Shown here piece by piece: positions 26,149-36,520 of a stretch of DNA of 64,000 bases. Made by a program: the position numbers and the translations under genes. Position 1 is the first letter of the stretch, and each line of letters starts with the position of its first letter. Origin of the DNA: Zootoca vivipara. Its lineage: Eukaryota. A model generated the notes under the pieces. That model ran no database searches and had not been told where the DNA came from. It saw nothing but the letters and a program-made list of their open reading frames with translations. The stretch is from positions 70,928,001-70,992,000 of the forward strand of contig NC_083277.1 of the NCBI RefSeq assembly GCF_963506605.1. Reading direction: 5' to 3'.

Positions 26149-26521
26149 TTTTAGAGACTGGGTTGGGGGAGAGAATTAGTTTGGTTTGCATTTGAATGTG
26201 AGCTTGCTTAATATGCATTTCCTGAACCAGCGTATATTATGTGACATGCACATGAAAAGATGTCAATGATTTTTCATGCTAACTTTTTTTAAAAAGCCTA
26301 CCCACCAACAGCTGCAAACAAGTGTGGAAATGTGGGGAGCTGAACTCAAGATTTGGAAAAATGAGAAAATAAACACAAATTGACATCCCTACCTGCTTTT
26401 AACATGCTTTTAACAGCCGACTAGCATAAATGTAGCATCTGGGACAAATGCAGCACCCTGATTTTCTGCTGGTTTTGTGGCAATGATAAACAACTACAAC
26501 TCTTTGGGCTTTTGGAGAATA

Positions 26522-26989
26522 CAGGGCCGGCCCTAAGGCAAGGCTGGGTGGCGCAATGCGGCAGGGCACTGGGCCGCCAGGGGGTGCCGCGTTGCAGCGT
26601 CCGCCAGACAGCTGCGCTGCGCCGTGCCCGCCAGACAGCCCAGCCGCCCTCCCGCTCGCCCTGCTCCTTGCCTCCCTCCCTCCCGCCGCGGGTTCGAGTC
26701 CTGGTCTCAGCCTGGCAGGTTGGGTTGGGGGCATGAGGAGGACAAGAGGCCGGGCACTGCACGGCACCGCCCCCCCAGCAGAGGCCTCCATGCAGGAGGA
26801 GGTGGTGCCGGTGCCCCGGAGGACAACCAGGCAGCCTGGCCCACCCGCTGTGGCGCCCCTGAGCTCGTCCCACCCTCAGCGCCTGGCCCGCCCATGCCAT
26901 GTCCCTCCTCTGCGTCTGCGGTGAGTGGGGGGCGGCGGCGGCGGAGGGACCTTTGCACCATGGCGCTCGATGTGGTTAAGACTGGCCTG
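26522..26989. mobile_element. Non-autonomous hAT with GC-rich cargo
   Basis: Imperfect TIRs CAGGGCCGGCC / AGACTGGCCTG; exact TSD GGAGAATA (26514-26521, 26990-26997). Left end is homologous to the right end of 35610-36332. Confidence 0.85.
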
Positions 26990-27677
26990 GGAGAATACAT
27001 GCCTCTCCTTCAGACTCCAGGTGTTTACCTGAACGAACACTGGCGTGGAGTCTGCTTGGCTGTGCCAAAGGAAAAGAAGCGCCTTAACAACATGAAGAAC
27101 ACAAAAGTGCATGCTGTCATAATAACTTATGTGCCGCTCGGGGCAGAGGGAATAGCCGCGGATGCACAGCAGACAAAGGAACGTTTTGTGTGTTACTCTG
27201 AAAGTGTTCAAATAGGCCTGCCGGAAGCACCAGGAACAGAGTATCAGCACCTTATCTCCCACTGTGTTTATTTGCACCTAGCAATCAGCCACATGTTTAC
27301 CTTTGCCTTGATGGTGCAAAGTTTAGAATTTCATTTGGGTCACCGTGGGGCAACTTGGCTTGTCCTCTGCAGCAGAGGGCTTCCACGTGAGGTGAGGCGG
27401 GGGAGGGAGGCGTGGCTTTCTCGTGAACTTTTTGTTTACCATTTCCCTGGATTCTGCTTGGCTTGAATGGTTTATGTAGGAAAGTGCAGAAAGACACTAC
27501 AATTGACTGTGCTATGCACGGCACCTAGAACAAAATGCAGGCTACCTGCGTTTGCTGGGCAAGGCCTGCTGTGCTTCTTTGCCGTGTTGGCATGCATCAG
27601 AACATAAGAAGCGCCCCTCTGGATCAGGCCAAAGGCCCTTCTAATTCAGCATCCTGTTCTCACAGTGGCCAACCAGA

Positions 27678-27957
27678 CAGTGGTGTAGTGTGGTGGTGGG
27701 AGGCAGTTGCGACAGGTGCAAAATTGTTAGGGGCACAAAATTTCAACACCTGGCGCTGCATCTAAATAGCTGCATGTGTTCGTCGCTGGGCTCTGTTGAA
27801 AATGGCTTCTCCATGCAAATGTGACCTTTCCAGACCACAGAAGCACTCTTCTTATCTCTCTGGCTGCAATCTCCTGGGTGATTTGGACACCATTAGGCGC
27901 ACATGCATACTCCACCCATTCCCCCCCCTCCACGCACCCCCGGGCTCTACGCCATTG
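27678..27957. mobile_element. Non-autonomous hAT (CAGTGGCGTAG-type TIR)
   Basis: TIRs CAGTGGTGTAG / CTACGCCATTG; exact TSD CAACCAGA (27670-27677, 27958-27965). Confidence 0.85.
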
Positions 27958-28077
27958 CAACCAGATGCCTGTGGGAAACCCACAAGTGGGACCTGAGCAG
28001 AAGAGTACTCTCCTCTCTGTGGTTTCCAGCAACTGGTATTCAGAAGCATTGCTACTTCTGACTGTGGAAATAGAGTA

Positions 28078-28268
28078 CAGTCGTACCTTGGAAGTTGAAC
28101 GGAATCTGTTCCGGAAGTCCTTTTGACTTCCAAAACAACCTGCAGCCAATCAGAAGCCACAGAAGCGTCGTCGGACATTCGCAAACCATAACGGTCACTT
28201 CCGGGTTCGCGACGCTCAGGAGCCAAAACATTTGGGAATGAAGCTGTTCGAAAACCAAGGTACGAATG
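28078..28268. mobile_element. Tc1/mariner (Tigger-like) MITE
   Basis: TA|CAGTCGTACCTTGG...CCAAGGTACGAATG|TA. Confidence 0.82.
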
Positions 28269-28870
28269 TATAGTCTTCATGGCTCTTACCTCTGTCTCCA
28301 GCTAGTTACCAATGGAACCCAAAGAGCCATTTTAAATGTGCAGAGGAGCTTGGGATTTCTCAGTAAGTTTCTCTCCCCCCTCTAAGTCAAATCACTGGGT
28401 TTTTGTGGGGGGTGGGGTGGGAACACCCTCGATTTCAAAATCCAAGGAAGGGGGTTACCAGCCAATTTAGGCCTCACTGCTGGTCCACTCACTGCCGGCT
28501 CACTTTCTTTCTGTAGTGCAGTAGCGACATAGGAGGAAGGTACCTAAACCTAATAACTATCCTGAGATCCTGACTGAGCATTCTTGGGAGCAAACAAAAG
28601 TGTTTTTTTTTTCTGTGTGGTGGCAGCTAGGCAGGGATGAAACTAGGCTTTATTTCACCAGGGTCAAAGACCCAGTTTGGCAAACCCACCCCACATGTAT
28701 TTGCATACATACACACACAGGCTGGGAGCTTCAGTGGCGCCCCTCTGGAGGCTTCACCTGGGGCAAAAAACCTGGCCAGCCCCACTAGGACTGGTAGAGT
28801 GGCAGGTAGGGAGACCAACAGTAGGTGAAGTCAGAAGCAATGGCAGGCAGAGCCACCCCCACCCCTGATT

Positions 28871-29009
28871 NNNNNNNNNNNNNNNNNNNNNNNNNNNNNN
28901 NNNNNNNNNNNNNNNNNNNNNNNNNNNNNNNNNNNNNNNNNNNNNNNNNNNNNNNNNNNNNNNNNNNNNNNNNNNNNNNNNNNNNNNNNNNNNNNNNNNN
29001 NNNNNNNNN
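28871..29009. other. Assembly gap (139 N)
   Basis: Run of Ns. Confidence 1.
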
Positions 29010-29021
29010 TGGAGGACAGTT

Positions 29022-29204
29022 TGTTGTTGTTTAGTCATTTAGTCGTGTCCGACTCTTCGTGACCCCATGGACCAGAGCACGCCAGGCACTCCTGTCTTGC
29101 ACTGACTCCCGCAGTTTGGTCAGACTCATGTTGGTGGCTTTGAGAACACTGTCCAACCATCTCGTCCCTGTCGTCCCCTTCTCCTTGTGCCCTCCATCTT
29201 TAAT
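29022..29204 (-). mobile_element. RTE-BovB LINE 3' end
   Basis: gttgttgtttagtcatttagtcgtgtccgactcttcgtgaccccatggac is the BovB-type 3' terminus with a (CAA)n tail; flanking direct repeat GGACAGTT (29014-29021, 29205-29212). Confidence 0.8.
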
Positions 29205-30279
29205 GGACAGTTAATCTCACTCTTTTCAGAAGAGACAGATTTGGGTAACAGCTGTGTTTTATGTTTCAGCCAGTGCTTCTTTACCTCTGAATCCTAAGCA
29301 TAACCTGATACCTGCAGCACTAGATGGCTTACTTATGAGTAGGCATGTATGAGGTTGCACTGCATGTTGATGCTTCGATGGTTCTCTGTATCCCAGAGTC
29401 CTGGATTTTTATTTTTTATTTTTGCTATTGCTTTGTAATGAATTCTGAACTGTTGCTTTGTAATGAATTCTGACCTTAAGTTTCTCCCATATCATTGACC
29501 TTGGCTTGACAAAATAACTTTGGCTCAGCTGTGGATAGGTATTGACCAACTCCAGATTATCTCTTGCTGTGGACATAACTTCCTGTTCTGACGCTGCTGA
29601 GCTGTCAACATGCCTTTCCATGCTCTTTCTGCTGGTGTTTGATAACCTTGGGATTTCTAGCTTTGTTTTTCTTCTTTCTTCTATCACTGACTAAAAGCCT
29701 GGTTTTTGCTATGACTATTCTGGCGGTGCTCCTCCCCACACCATGCCCCATTGTGAAATGCCCTATCAGTCTCCCTCACTATTAACTCTTAGGAGAAATT
29801 AAAAACCTTTCCTGTTTGCCAGTGCATTTTATGGTTGAAAATTCTGTCCCTGGCAGCCCCGAAATTATTAGTTTGGCAATAGCTGATTACTTTTAGGAGT
29901 TTTCATTGTTTTTAGGATTTTTTAAAAACCATTTTAGAAATTTATAATTGTGCTATTTTAGTACTGACATGTCCGCTGTCCTGGGCTCTTTTGGAGGGAG
30001 GTGTGGGATATAAATTTAATACTGTAATGAATAAATAACATAATTCTTTAGGTTCCAATGACCCAGACCTGCAAATCAGTCTGATCCCTGTATACCTGAA
30101 AGAGCGTCTCTACCCCCATCGTTCAGTCTGAACACTGAGGTCCAGCTTCCCTCACTGCAAGAAGTGAGGTTACAGGGAACCAGGCAGAGGGCCTTCTCAG
30201 TAGTGGCGCCTGCCCTGTGGAATGCCCTCCCATCCGATCTCAAGGAAATAAACAACTACCCGACTTTTAGAAGACATCT

Positions 30280-30474
30280 TAGAATCATAGAATCATAGAG
30301 TTGGAAGAAACCACAAGGGCCATCCAGTCCAACCCCCTGCCAAGCAGGAAACACCATCAAAGGATTCCTGATAGATGTCTGTCAAGCCTCCGCTTAAAGA
30401 CCTCCAAAGAAGGAGACTCCACCACATTCCTTGGCAGCAAATTCCACTGTCAAACAACTTTTACTGTCAGGAGT
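30280..30474 (-). mobile_element. CR1 LINE 3' end
   Basis: (AGAATCAT)n tail then agagttggaag...gggccatccagtccaacccc. Confidence 0.8.
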
Positions 30475-30918
30475 AGGTCTTGAAAGACCTACATTGGCTC
30501 CCAGTATGTTTCCGAGCACAATTCAAAGTGTTGGTGCTGACTTTTAAAGCCCTAAATGGCCTCAGTCCAGTATACCTGAAGGAGCGTTTCCACCCCCATC
30601 GTTCGGCCTGGACACTGAGGTCCAGTGCCGAGGGCCTTCTGGCGGTTCCCTCATTGCGAGAAGCAAAATTACAGGGAGCTAGGCAGAGGGCCTTCTCGGT
30701 AGTGGCACCAGCCCTGTGGAATGCCGTCCCATCAGATGTCAAAGGAATAAACAACTGTTTGAAGTTTAGAAGACATCTGAAGGCAGCCCTGTTTAGGGAA
30801 GGTTTTTTTGTTTTTGTTTTTAAAAAAGACTGATGTTTTATGTATTTTTAATCTCCTGTTGGAAGCCATCCAGAGTGGCTGGGGAAACCCAGCCAGATGG
30901 GCGGGGTATAAGTAATAA

Positions 30919-30989
<71 letters not shown>
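30475..30989 (+). mobile_element. L2 3' end with long (ATT)n tail
   Basis: LKDLHWLPVCFRAQFKVLVLTFKALNG...; highly similar to 9710-10175. Confidence 0.88.
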
Positions 30990-30991
<2 letters not shown>

Positions 30992-32767
30992 CTGAAGGCA
31001 GCCCTGTACAAGGAAGTTTTTAATGTTTGATGTTTTACTGTTGTTTTATAATTTGTTGGAAGTCACCCAGAGTGGCTGGGGCAACTCAGTCAGATGGGCA
31101 GGGTATAAATAAATCATCATCATCATCAAGCAAAAGAGAATCACCCACATTAGGAGTCCTTTATTTTCAGAATTTTGATGCCTAATGAACTGGGTGGATG
31201 TGCGTTTCGATGCACATGGGGAGCTGCATTCTGGGCTGTCAACTGTTCTGTGTTAGTAGTTTGACCACAATTACAGCTGGATATACCAGCTTGGTATACC
31301 TCCAGGACTGGAATCACCATACCCGTACACGCCAGCTGCTGGGGAACAACAGTTGCCTCGCCTGTGGGCTTCCCTTCAGCATCTGGTTGACCACCCTGGA
31401 GGCAGGATGCTGGACCAGGTAGCCCTTGGGCCTGATCCAGCACAAGAGCTCTACTTGTATACATCAACTCTGTATACTTTGCACGTTATTTAGCTGTGAA
31501 AATAAGTTGAGAGGCTCCTCCAACATCAGTGACAGCTGGCCGAGACAGCTGGCCATATCGTCGTCATGTTATTTATGCCTGTGTGTGGATATTGTTCAAG
31601 CTGGGGTCGGAGAAGCGGAAGAACCTCTGGTTTCACTGCTGAGGTCAGGAAGGAGGGGTCTGAGGCGAGGGAAAGGGCCTCTGCTCTCCAGATGTATGTG
31701 CCTCAAGCCTGCATGTGTTCCCTCTCTTCGGAAACGAACTAATGAGAATGTGTTTTGGAAACAGCAGTTCCGCTCAGGAGAGCCGAGTGCTGCGCCTTGT
31801 ATATTCCCCTTTACAAGAGGGCTAGCATGAATCCAGCGCTGCGCTTCTCACCCTGTGGGGCAGGGTCACCTGAAAGAGGCACAGGGGAGCAAGAACAGCA
31901 AACTGAAGCAGCAAATTAATGCAGTGGAGAGGAAATATTTAGAGATATATATCCTGATGCAAAGAAATAAAGAATAATGCGCAAAGAGACAGGACCTGTC
32001 TGGTGAGAATCAGGAATGCTGGGTGAAAGACTGGCTGAAGGCTGGGGTGCTGGTGAATGGGATCAGGCAGAGTGAAAACCTTGGCTAGGGTAGGATGAGG
32101 CCAGAAGGAAGGAGAAACTAGGAGAGGGATAGAGTCAGGTAAAGGAGGTGGCGAGGCAACTCGAATCAGCTCCTCTGAGCTATTAGTGTTGTAATGGGCT
32201 TCCAAGACTTTGATGTGAAGAAGGAAATGAAAAAGGAGCTGCCTGTTTTGCACCCAGCACCAAACCATGAAAGGGCAATTGCATAGGTGGTGGTGGTGGT
32301 TGCATCAGGCACTCAAGGCATGCAGGCACTTGGGTTATAGTTAGCGCCCTACTTGAGTTCTTTTATAACAAAAAGTTCCTCCTGGTGGCTTCATACCTGA
32401 GCATTCATCTTGATGTGCTTGCATAAAGCTCACAGGGAGCTTAGATTGTGTCTGGTTTTTATTGAACCTTCTGAAGAGGTTATATGACATCGATCCTGAT
32501 CTGCTTGTATAGTGGCAGGGCAGGGCTGGTTCACCCATGAGGCAAAGTGAGGCAGCCGCCTCAGGGGACAGGATCCACAGCTATCGTACACCCCAGTGTA
32601 GATCTTGGTTCCCCCATTCTTTCTGGTGTAGACCTTCACTCACTCATAGTGGGGAGGGGAGTGCCATTTTGTGTTTCACCTCAGGTGCAGTGGTGATAGG
32701 TCTCATTGTCAATCATTTGTCCATCCCATACTTCTCAGTGCATTGTCGCCTCACTTTCTTAACTGCA

Positions 32768-32822
32768 AAAACAAACAAACAAACAAACAAACAAACTAAC
32801 TAACTAACTAACTAACTAACTA
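32768..32822. repeat. Compound (AAAC)n(AACT)n microsatellite
   Basis: Seen directly. Confidence 0.9.
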
Positions 32823-32825
32823 CAG

Positions 32826-34299
32826 CACGGGTGTCAAACACAAGGCCCGGGGGCCTAATCCGGCCCGCCAGACCTCGTCATGTGGCCCGCGTAGCCGCCG
32901 CCGACATTAGGCGCTGACAGTAGTTCTGGAGCCTGCGATTGGCCGAGGGTCAAAACCGGGGGCGGGGTTGCAGGCAGAGGCCGGGGCGCTGGAGCCGCGC
33001 TGACGGCCTTGGCCAGGGAATTTCAATTTCGAATGAGGCTGAGGGAGGCGGTGGCACAGCGGCCAGACGGGGAAGTGAGATGCAGGAGGAGGAGGAGGAA
33101 GCCCGCCGAGGAGGTAGGAAAGCCCTACAGGCGGCGCCGGCAAAGTTGGTGCCGGGACGGAGCAGCGCTGGATTTTTTTTTGCCGAGCTTTGCTGTTGTC
33201 TCCGAGAGCGAGTGAGGCGGCACTGGGGAGCCGCCGCCCGCCGCTTCCCTTCCTCTCCTCGGCTGCATCCGGGAGGTGGGCGAGAGAGCGGGTGAAAGGG
33301 ACGCGGAGTGAGCCTGAGGGGGAAGTAGGCGAAGCGCAACAGCCGCTCTCTTGATGGAGCCGGGTTTCTCTTCCCTCTTCCCCCATTTTCTCCTCATAGA
33401 CACTCGGGAGGGTGCCTGGCTTTTGCTCTGCCCCCCACCCCCGAGCCGCCCTTTGGCTTCTCAGTTCCGGCGGAGCTGCTCCCCAGGGGGCAGCCGGGAG
33501 GGAGGCGGCGGCGACGGCACGGGTTCCTGCTCTTCCCGCTCTGCCGCCGCCTCCTCTCAACCCCTCGTGATGTAGGGCTCCAGATGGAGTCGCCTCGCGG
33601 TTTGAGTAGGTGGGAGGGGAATTTTTTTTGGGGGGGGGAGGTTTTCAAGCCTCCTCTGCCTGCAGTCCCGGTAGGGAGAGGCGGCGGCGAAGACGACAAC
33701 AGCGCGGGTGGGGGGAAGAGCAGCTCTGAGGCGAAGATGCACGTCCGCTGGGGCTGCCACCGCCTTCCTCCCCGGGAAATCCGCTGCCCTCCCTCAGCGC
33801 GAGGGGAAGGGACTCTGGTGCTGAGGAGGGAGGATGCAAAAGCAAAGCAGGGAGTTGGCGCTGCACCGCATGTTCCTGCCCCTCTCCAAAGCATGGGGTG
33901 GGTTGCAGCGTGTGGCATCCTGCCTAGCGGGGTTTGGGTGTGCGCAGAGCGGGAGAGGGAAGCCCTCTTTCCATCTGCAGGTTTTTAATCCCAGCAGTGG
34001 CTTTCTCCTTCCTGCCGAAGGTTTAGTTGAGCCCCCCCCCCCCGAAGCCGTCGATCCCCACCTTTTGTTCAAATTTCCCTCGTTTACATCCCCTCCCCCA
34101 CACACGCCACGACGCAGGAATGTGATCCGCGTGGGGGCGGGAATGAGCTTACATTATTACAAAAAACTAATAATTGAATGCAGTGACAATAATTTATGAT
34201 AATAAAGAGTGGACACATAGTCCTACAGACACAACCGGCCCTTTGAGGGTGACCAAACTGCTGATGCGCCCCCCGATGAATTTGAGTTTGACACCCCTG
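32826..34299. mobile_element. Non-autonomous hAT (Buster/Charlie-type) carrying ~1.2 kb of CpG-island, promoter-like cargo
   Basis: 14-bp TIRs CACGGGTGTCAAAC / GTTTGACACCCCTG (1 mismatch); exact TSD AACTACAG (32818-32825, 34300-34307); subterminal GGCCC repeats; no transposase ORF. Confidence 0.88.
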
Positions 34300-35036
34300 A
34301 ACTACAGGGTGACAGAGCACTTTAATGCACGAATTCCACCAAGATAAATTTCTGGTTTGCCTCTGAATCCCTCCCACAAAACATTGAGAAGTATGGGGTA
34401 GCTTGCTCTGCTGTCCCATCAGTATTTCTGATGTGAGAGGGCCAGAAAACCATTGTGAGGGCGCAGAAGGTATGCATGTATTGGTGGGGGCGGGGCGGGA
34501 CAAAACTGCCCCAAAAGGACAATCTTCAGATGACTTCCGTTACTCAGCCAAGTGCGCCCCAAGGACCAGGCTGTTTCTGGAAATATCATCTGTTGGCCTC
34601 CCATGCAGTTTGGTTTTTTGTAAATACCTAATTTTGAGCCTTACAACTCTTTCCCAAGGGTGCAACTCATTTCGGCAAGCTGTGAAATCTGCAGAGCCTC
34701 CTCTTAAAATGGGCCATAAGCACAGCCCCCCCCCCCCCCGTTGCTGCTGAAGCTCTGTGCACCAAAAGCAACAGAAGTGCACGCAACTGACCGTTTGAAA
34801 CCCAACAACAACAAAGCACAAAAAGCCAGAAGCAGCACACAATCTATAATTAAAGACTCGGTGGCTGTAATGGGAATGGATTTCTGAACTCAAGGCAAAT
34901 CCCTTCTGGCACTTCCTGTGCCTAATAACCATCAACAGAAAAATCAAACAAATCCAATTGGCTCCAGCTGCTAAATCTATAACTAGCAAAAGATTGCAGC
35001 AGAGGCAAGAAAGGAAAGCAAACCCAAGCAACATCA

Positions 35037-35037
<1 letters not shown>

Positions 35038-35078
<41 letters not shown>
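35038..35078. repeat. (AC)n microsatellite
   Basis: Seen directly. Confidence 0.95.
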
Positions 35079-35080
<2 letters not shown>

Positions 35081-35282
35081 GTGAATGTGTGTCAAAAGCT
35101 GGAAAACAGCTTATTGGCTAGGGGCAGTGATTAGGAACCTTGCCTCAGCTGGCCCTGTGTAAGTACAGTGACTAGGAGGAGGCCAAAGCCCTACCATTAG
35201 GCAGAGTGAGAGGGCAGCCTCAGGCAGCTGAAATGGGGTGTCTTGAAATGGAAGCAAATTGGTAGTTATTTAGTTTAATATT

Positions 35283-35283
<1 letters not shown>

Positions 35284-35330
<47 letters not shown>

Positions 35331-36520
35331 TACCACCTTTCATTCAGGGATCACAGGGTGCTTTACAAAACAACAACACAAAAATACATACCATAATAGC
35401 AAACATAAACAATGCTCCCCACACAGTTTAAAAGACAATAGATTAATTAGCCAAAGGCCTAGGAGAAGAGGAATGTTTTTGCCTGTCACCTAAAGATATG
35501 CAACGAAGGGGAGTGGCAGTCCTTGAGACATTACGGTGCTGGGCTGTGTAACGCTTTATATGTCAAAACCAGCACTTGGAATTGGGCCCAGAAACAAATT
35601 GGCTGTCCGCAGGGCCGTCTTAAGCCTATCCAGCCCCGTGGTTCAAAGATCCCTCTGGCACCCCCCCCCCCCCCGTTCCCCAGAGTTGCAGACCTTGGTG
35701 CTGCATGAAGAAGGGCCTTTTCCACTTATCTCTGTCTTGAATCTCCCAATATTCAGCTTCGCGGGATGTCCGCGAGTTCGAGTGTTAGGTAAGAGAAGGA
35801 GGAAAACACTTTCCTCTGCCCACTTTCTCCATGATTGCCATGATCGTGTCACTTTTCCTGCGCCTTTTCCCCAAACCAATAGAGCCCCAAACCTTTCCTC
35901 GCAGCGGAGTGGCTCCTCTGGCCTCTTTACTCCCACCCACTACTATAATTGCAGCAATTTCTCACCGCCCGCGCGGTGGGCGCCTGCACTCTGCACCCCC
36001 TCAAGAGGCGCGCGCCCCTCAGCTGAAGAGGTTCCGGGGCCGAAGGCAGCAGGCACGGGCTCCTTTCCTCACCATCACTCCTCCTCCTCCGATGCCGCAC
36101 ATGGTACCTGCGGGGGCGGAGTGGCCTCGCAGAGCAGGCAGCCGCGGACCCATTTGCACCCACAGCAGCCCCTGGGCTTGCCTCCCACTCCCCGTCCTCT
36201 GGAGGCGGAACTAGCAGCATTGGCGGCTGCCACCGCTTCCTCCTCCTCCATCCCAACCCCGGCAACAGCGCCCCCGGTGGCCAGGTGCCCTGGCGCATTG
36301 CGCCACCCAGCCCAGGCCTAGAGACGGCCCTGGCTGTCCGTGCAGTTGGGCCTGGAGCGGTGTAATATGCTCAAATTTTCTTGTCCCAGTGAGCAACCTG
36401 GCTGCTGAATTCTGCACCAGCTGAAGTTTCTGAACCATTTTCAGAGGGAGCTCTATGGATGACACATTGCAGTAATGTAACCCAGAGGTTAGCAGAGCAT
36501 AGACGACAGAAGTCAGGCTA
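35284..36520 (-). mobile_element. Old L2 3' fragment with microsatellite tail, split by the hAT at 35610-36332
   Basis: Minus-strand LPLKMVQKLQLVQNSAARLLTG...HITPLQAQLHGQP joins ICFWAQFQVLVLTYKAL across the insert; (AAT)n at 35284-35331. Confidence 0.8.
35610..36332. mobile_element. Non-autonomous hAT with GC-rich and CR1-derived cargo
   Basis: Perfect 11-bp TIRs CAGGGCCGTCT / AGACGGCCCTG; exact TSD GCTGTCCG (35602-35609, 36333-36340). Confidence 0.92.

Larger units (their letters stand above)
27598..28335 (-). mobile_element. CR1-type 3' end interrupted by two nested MITEs
   Basis: agaacataagaa tail, ggatcaggccaaaggccc...cacagtggccaaccaga, resuming after the insert with tgcctgtgggaaacccacaag. 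Confidence 0.65.
30085..31128 (+). mobile_element. L2 3' fragment, split at 30279/30990 by a nested CR1(-)/L2(+) insert
   Basis: Outer copy reads ...agaagacatct | gaaggcagccctg... across the insert, collinear with the 9280 L2. Confidence 0.8.

Noticed and set aside
26624-27466. 280-aa ORF
   Set aside because: Starts inside a GC-rich hAT element and crosses its TSD; no recognisable domain.
32826-34299. Native promoter/first exon of a second gene (e.g. SPRY4)
   Set aside because: Exactly bounded by TIRs and an 8-bp TSD; no downstream coding exons and no Sprouty Cys-rich domain in the window. The overlapping ORFs are GC artefacts.
35684-35788. 105-nt exon-like segment (cag|...|gtaaga) within the 261-aa ORF
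   Set aside because: The opposite strand reads as a CR1 3' remnant, so the splice-like signals are probably incidental (exonisation not excluded).
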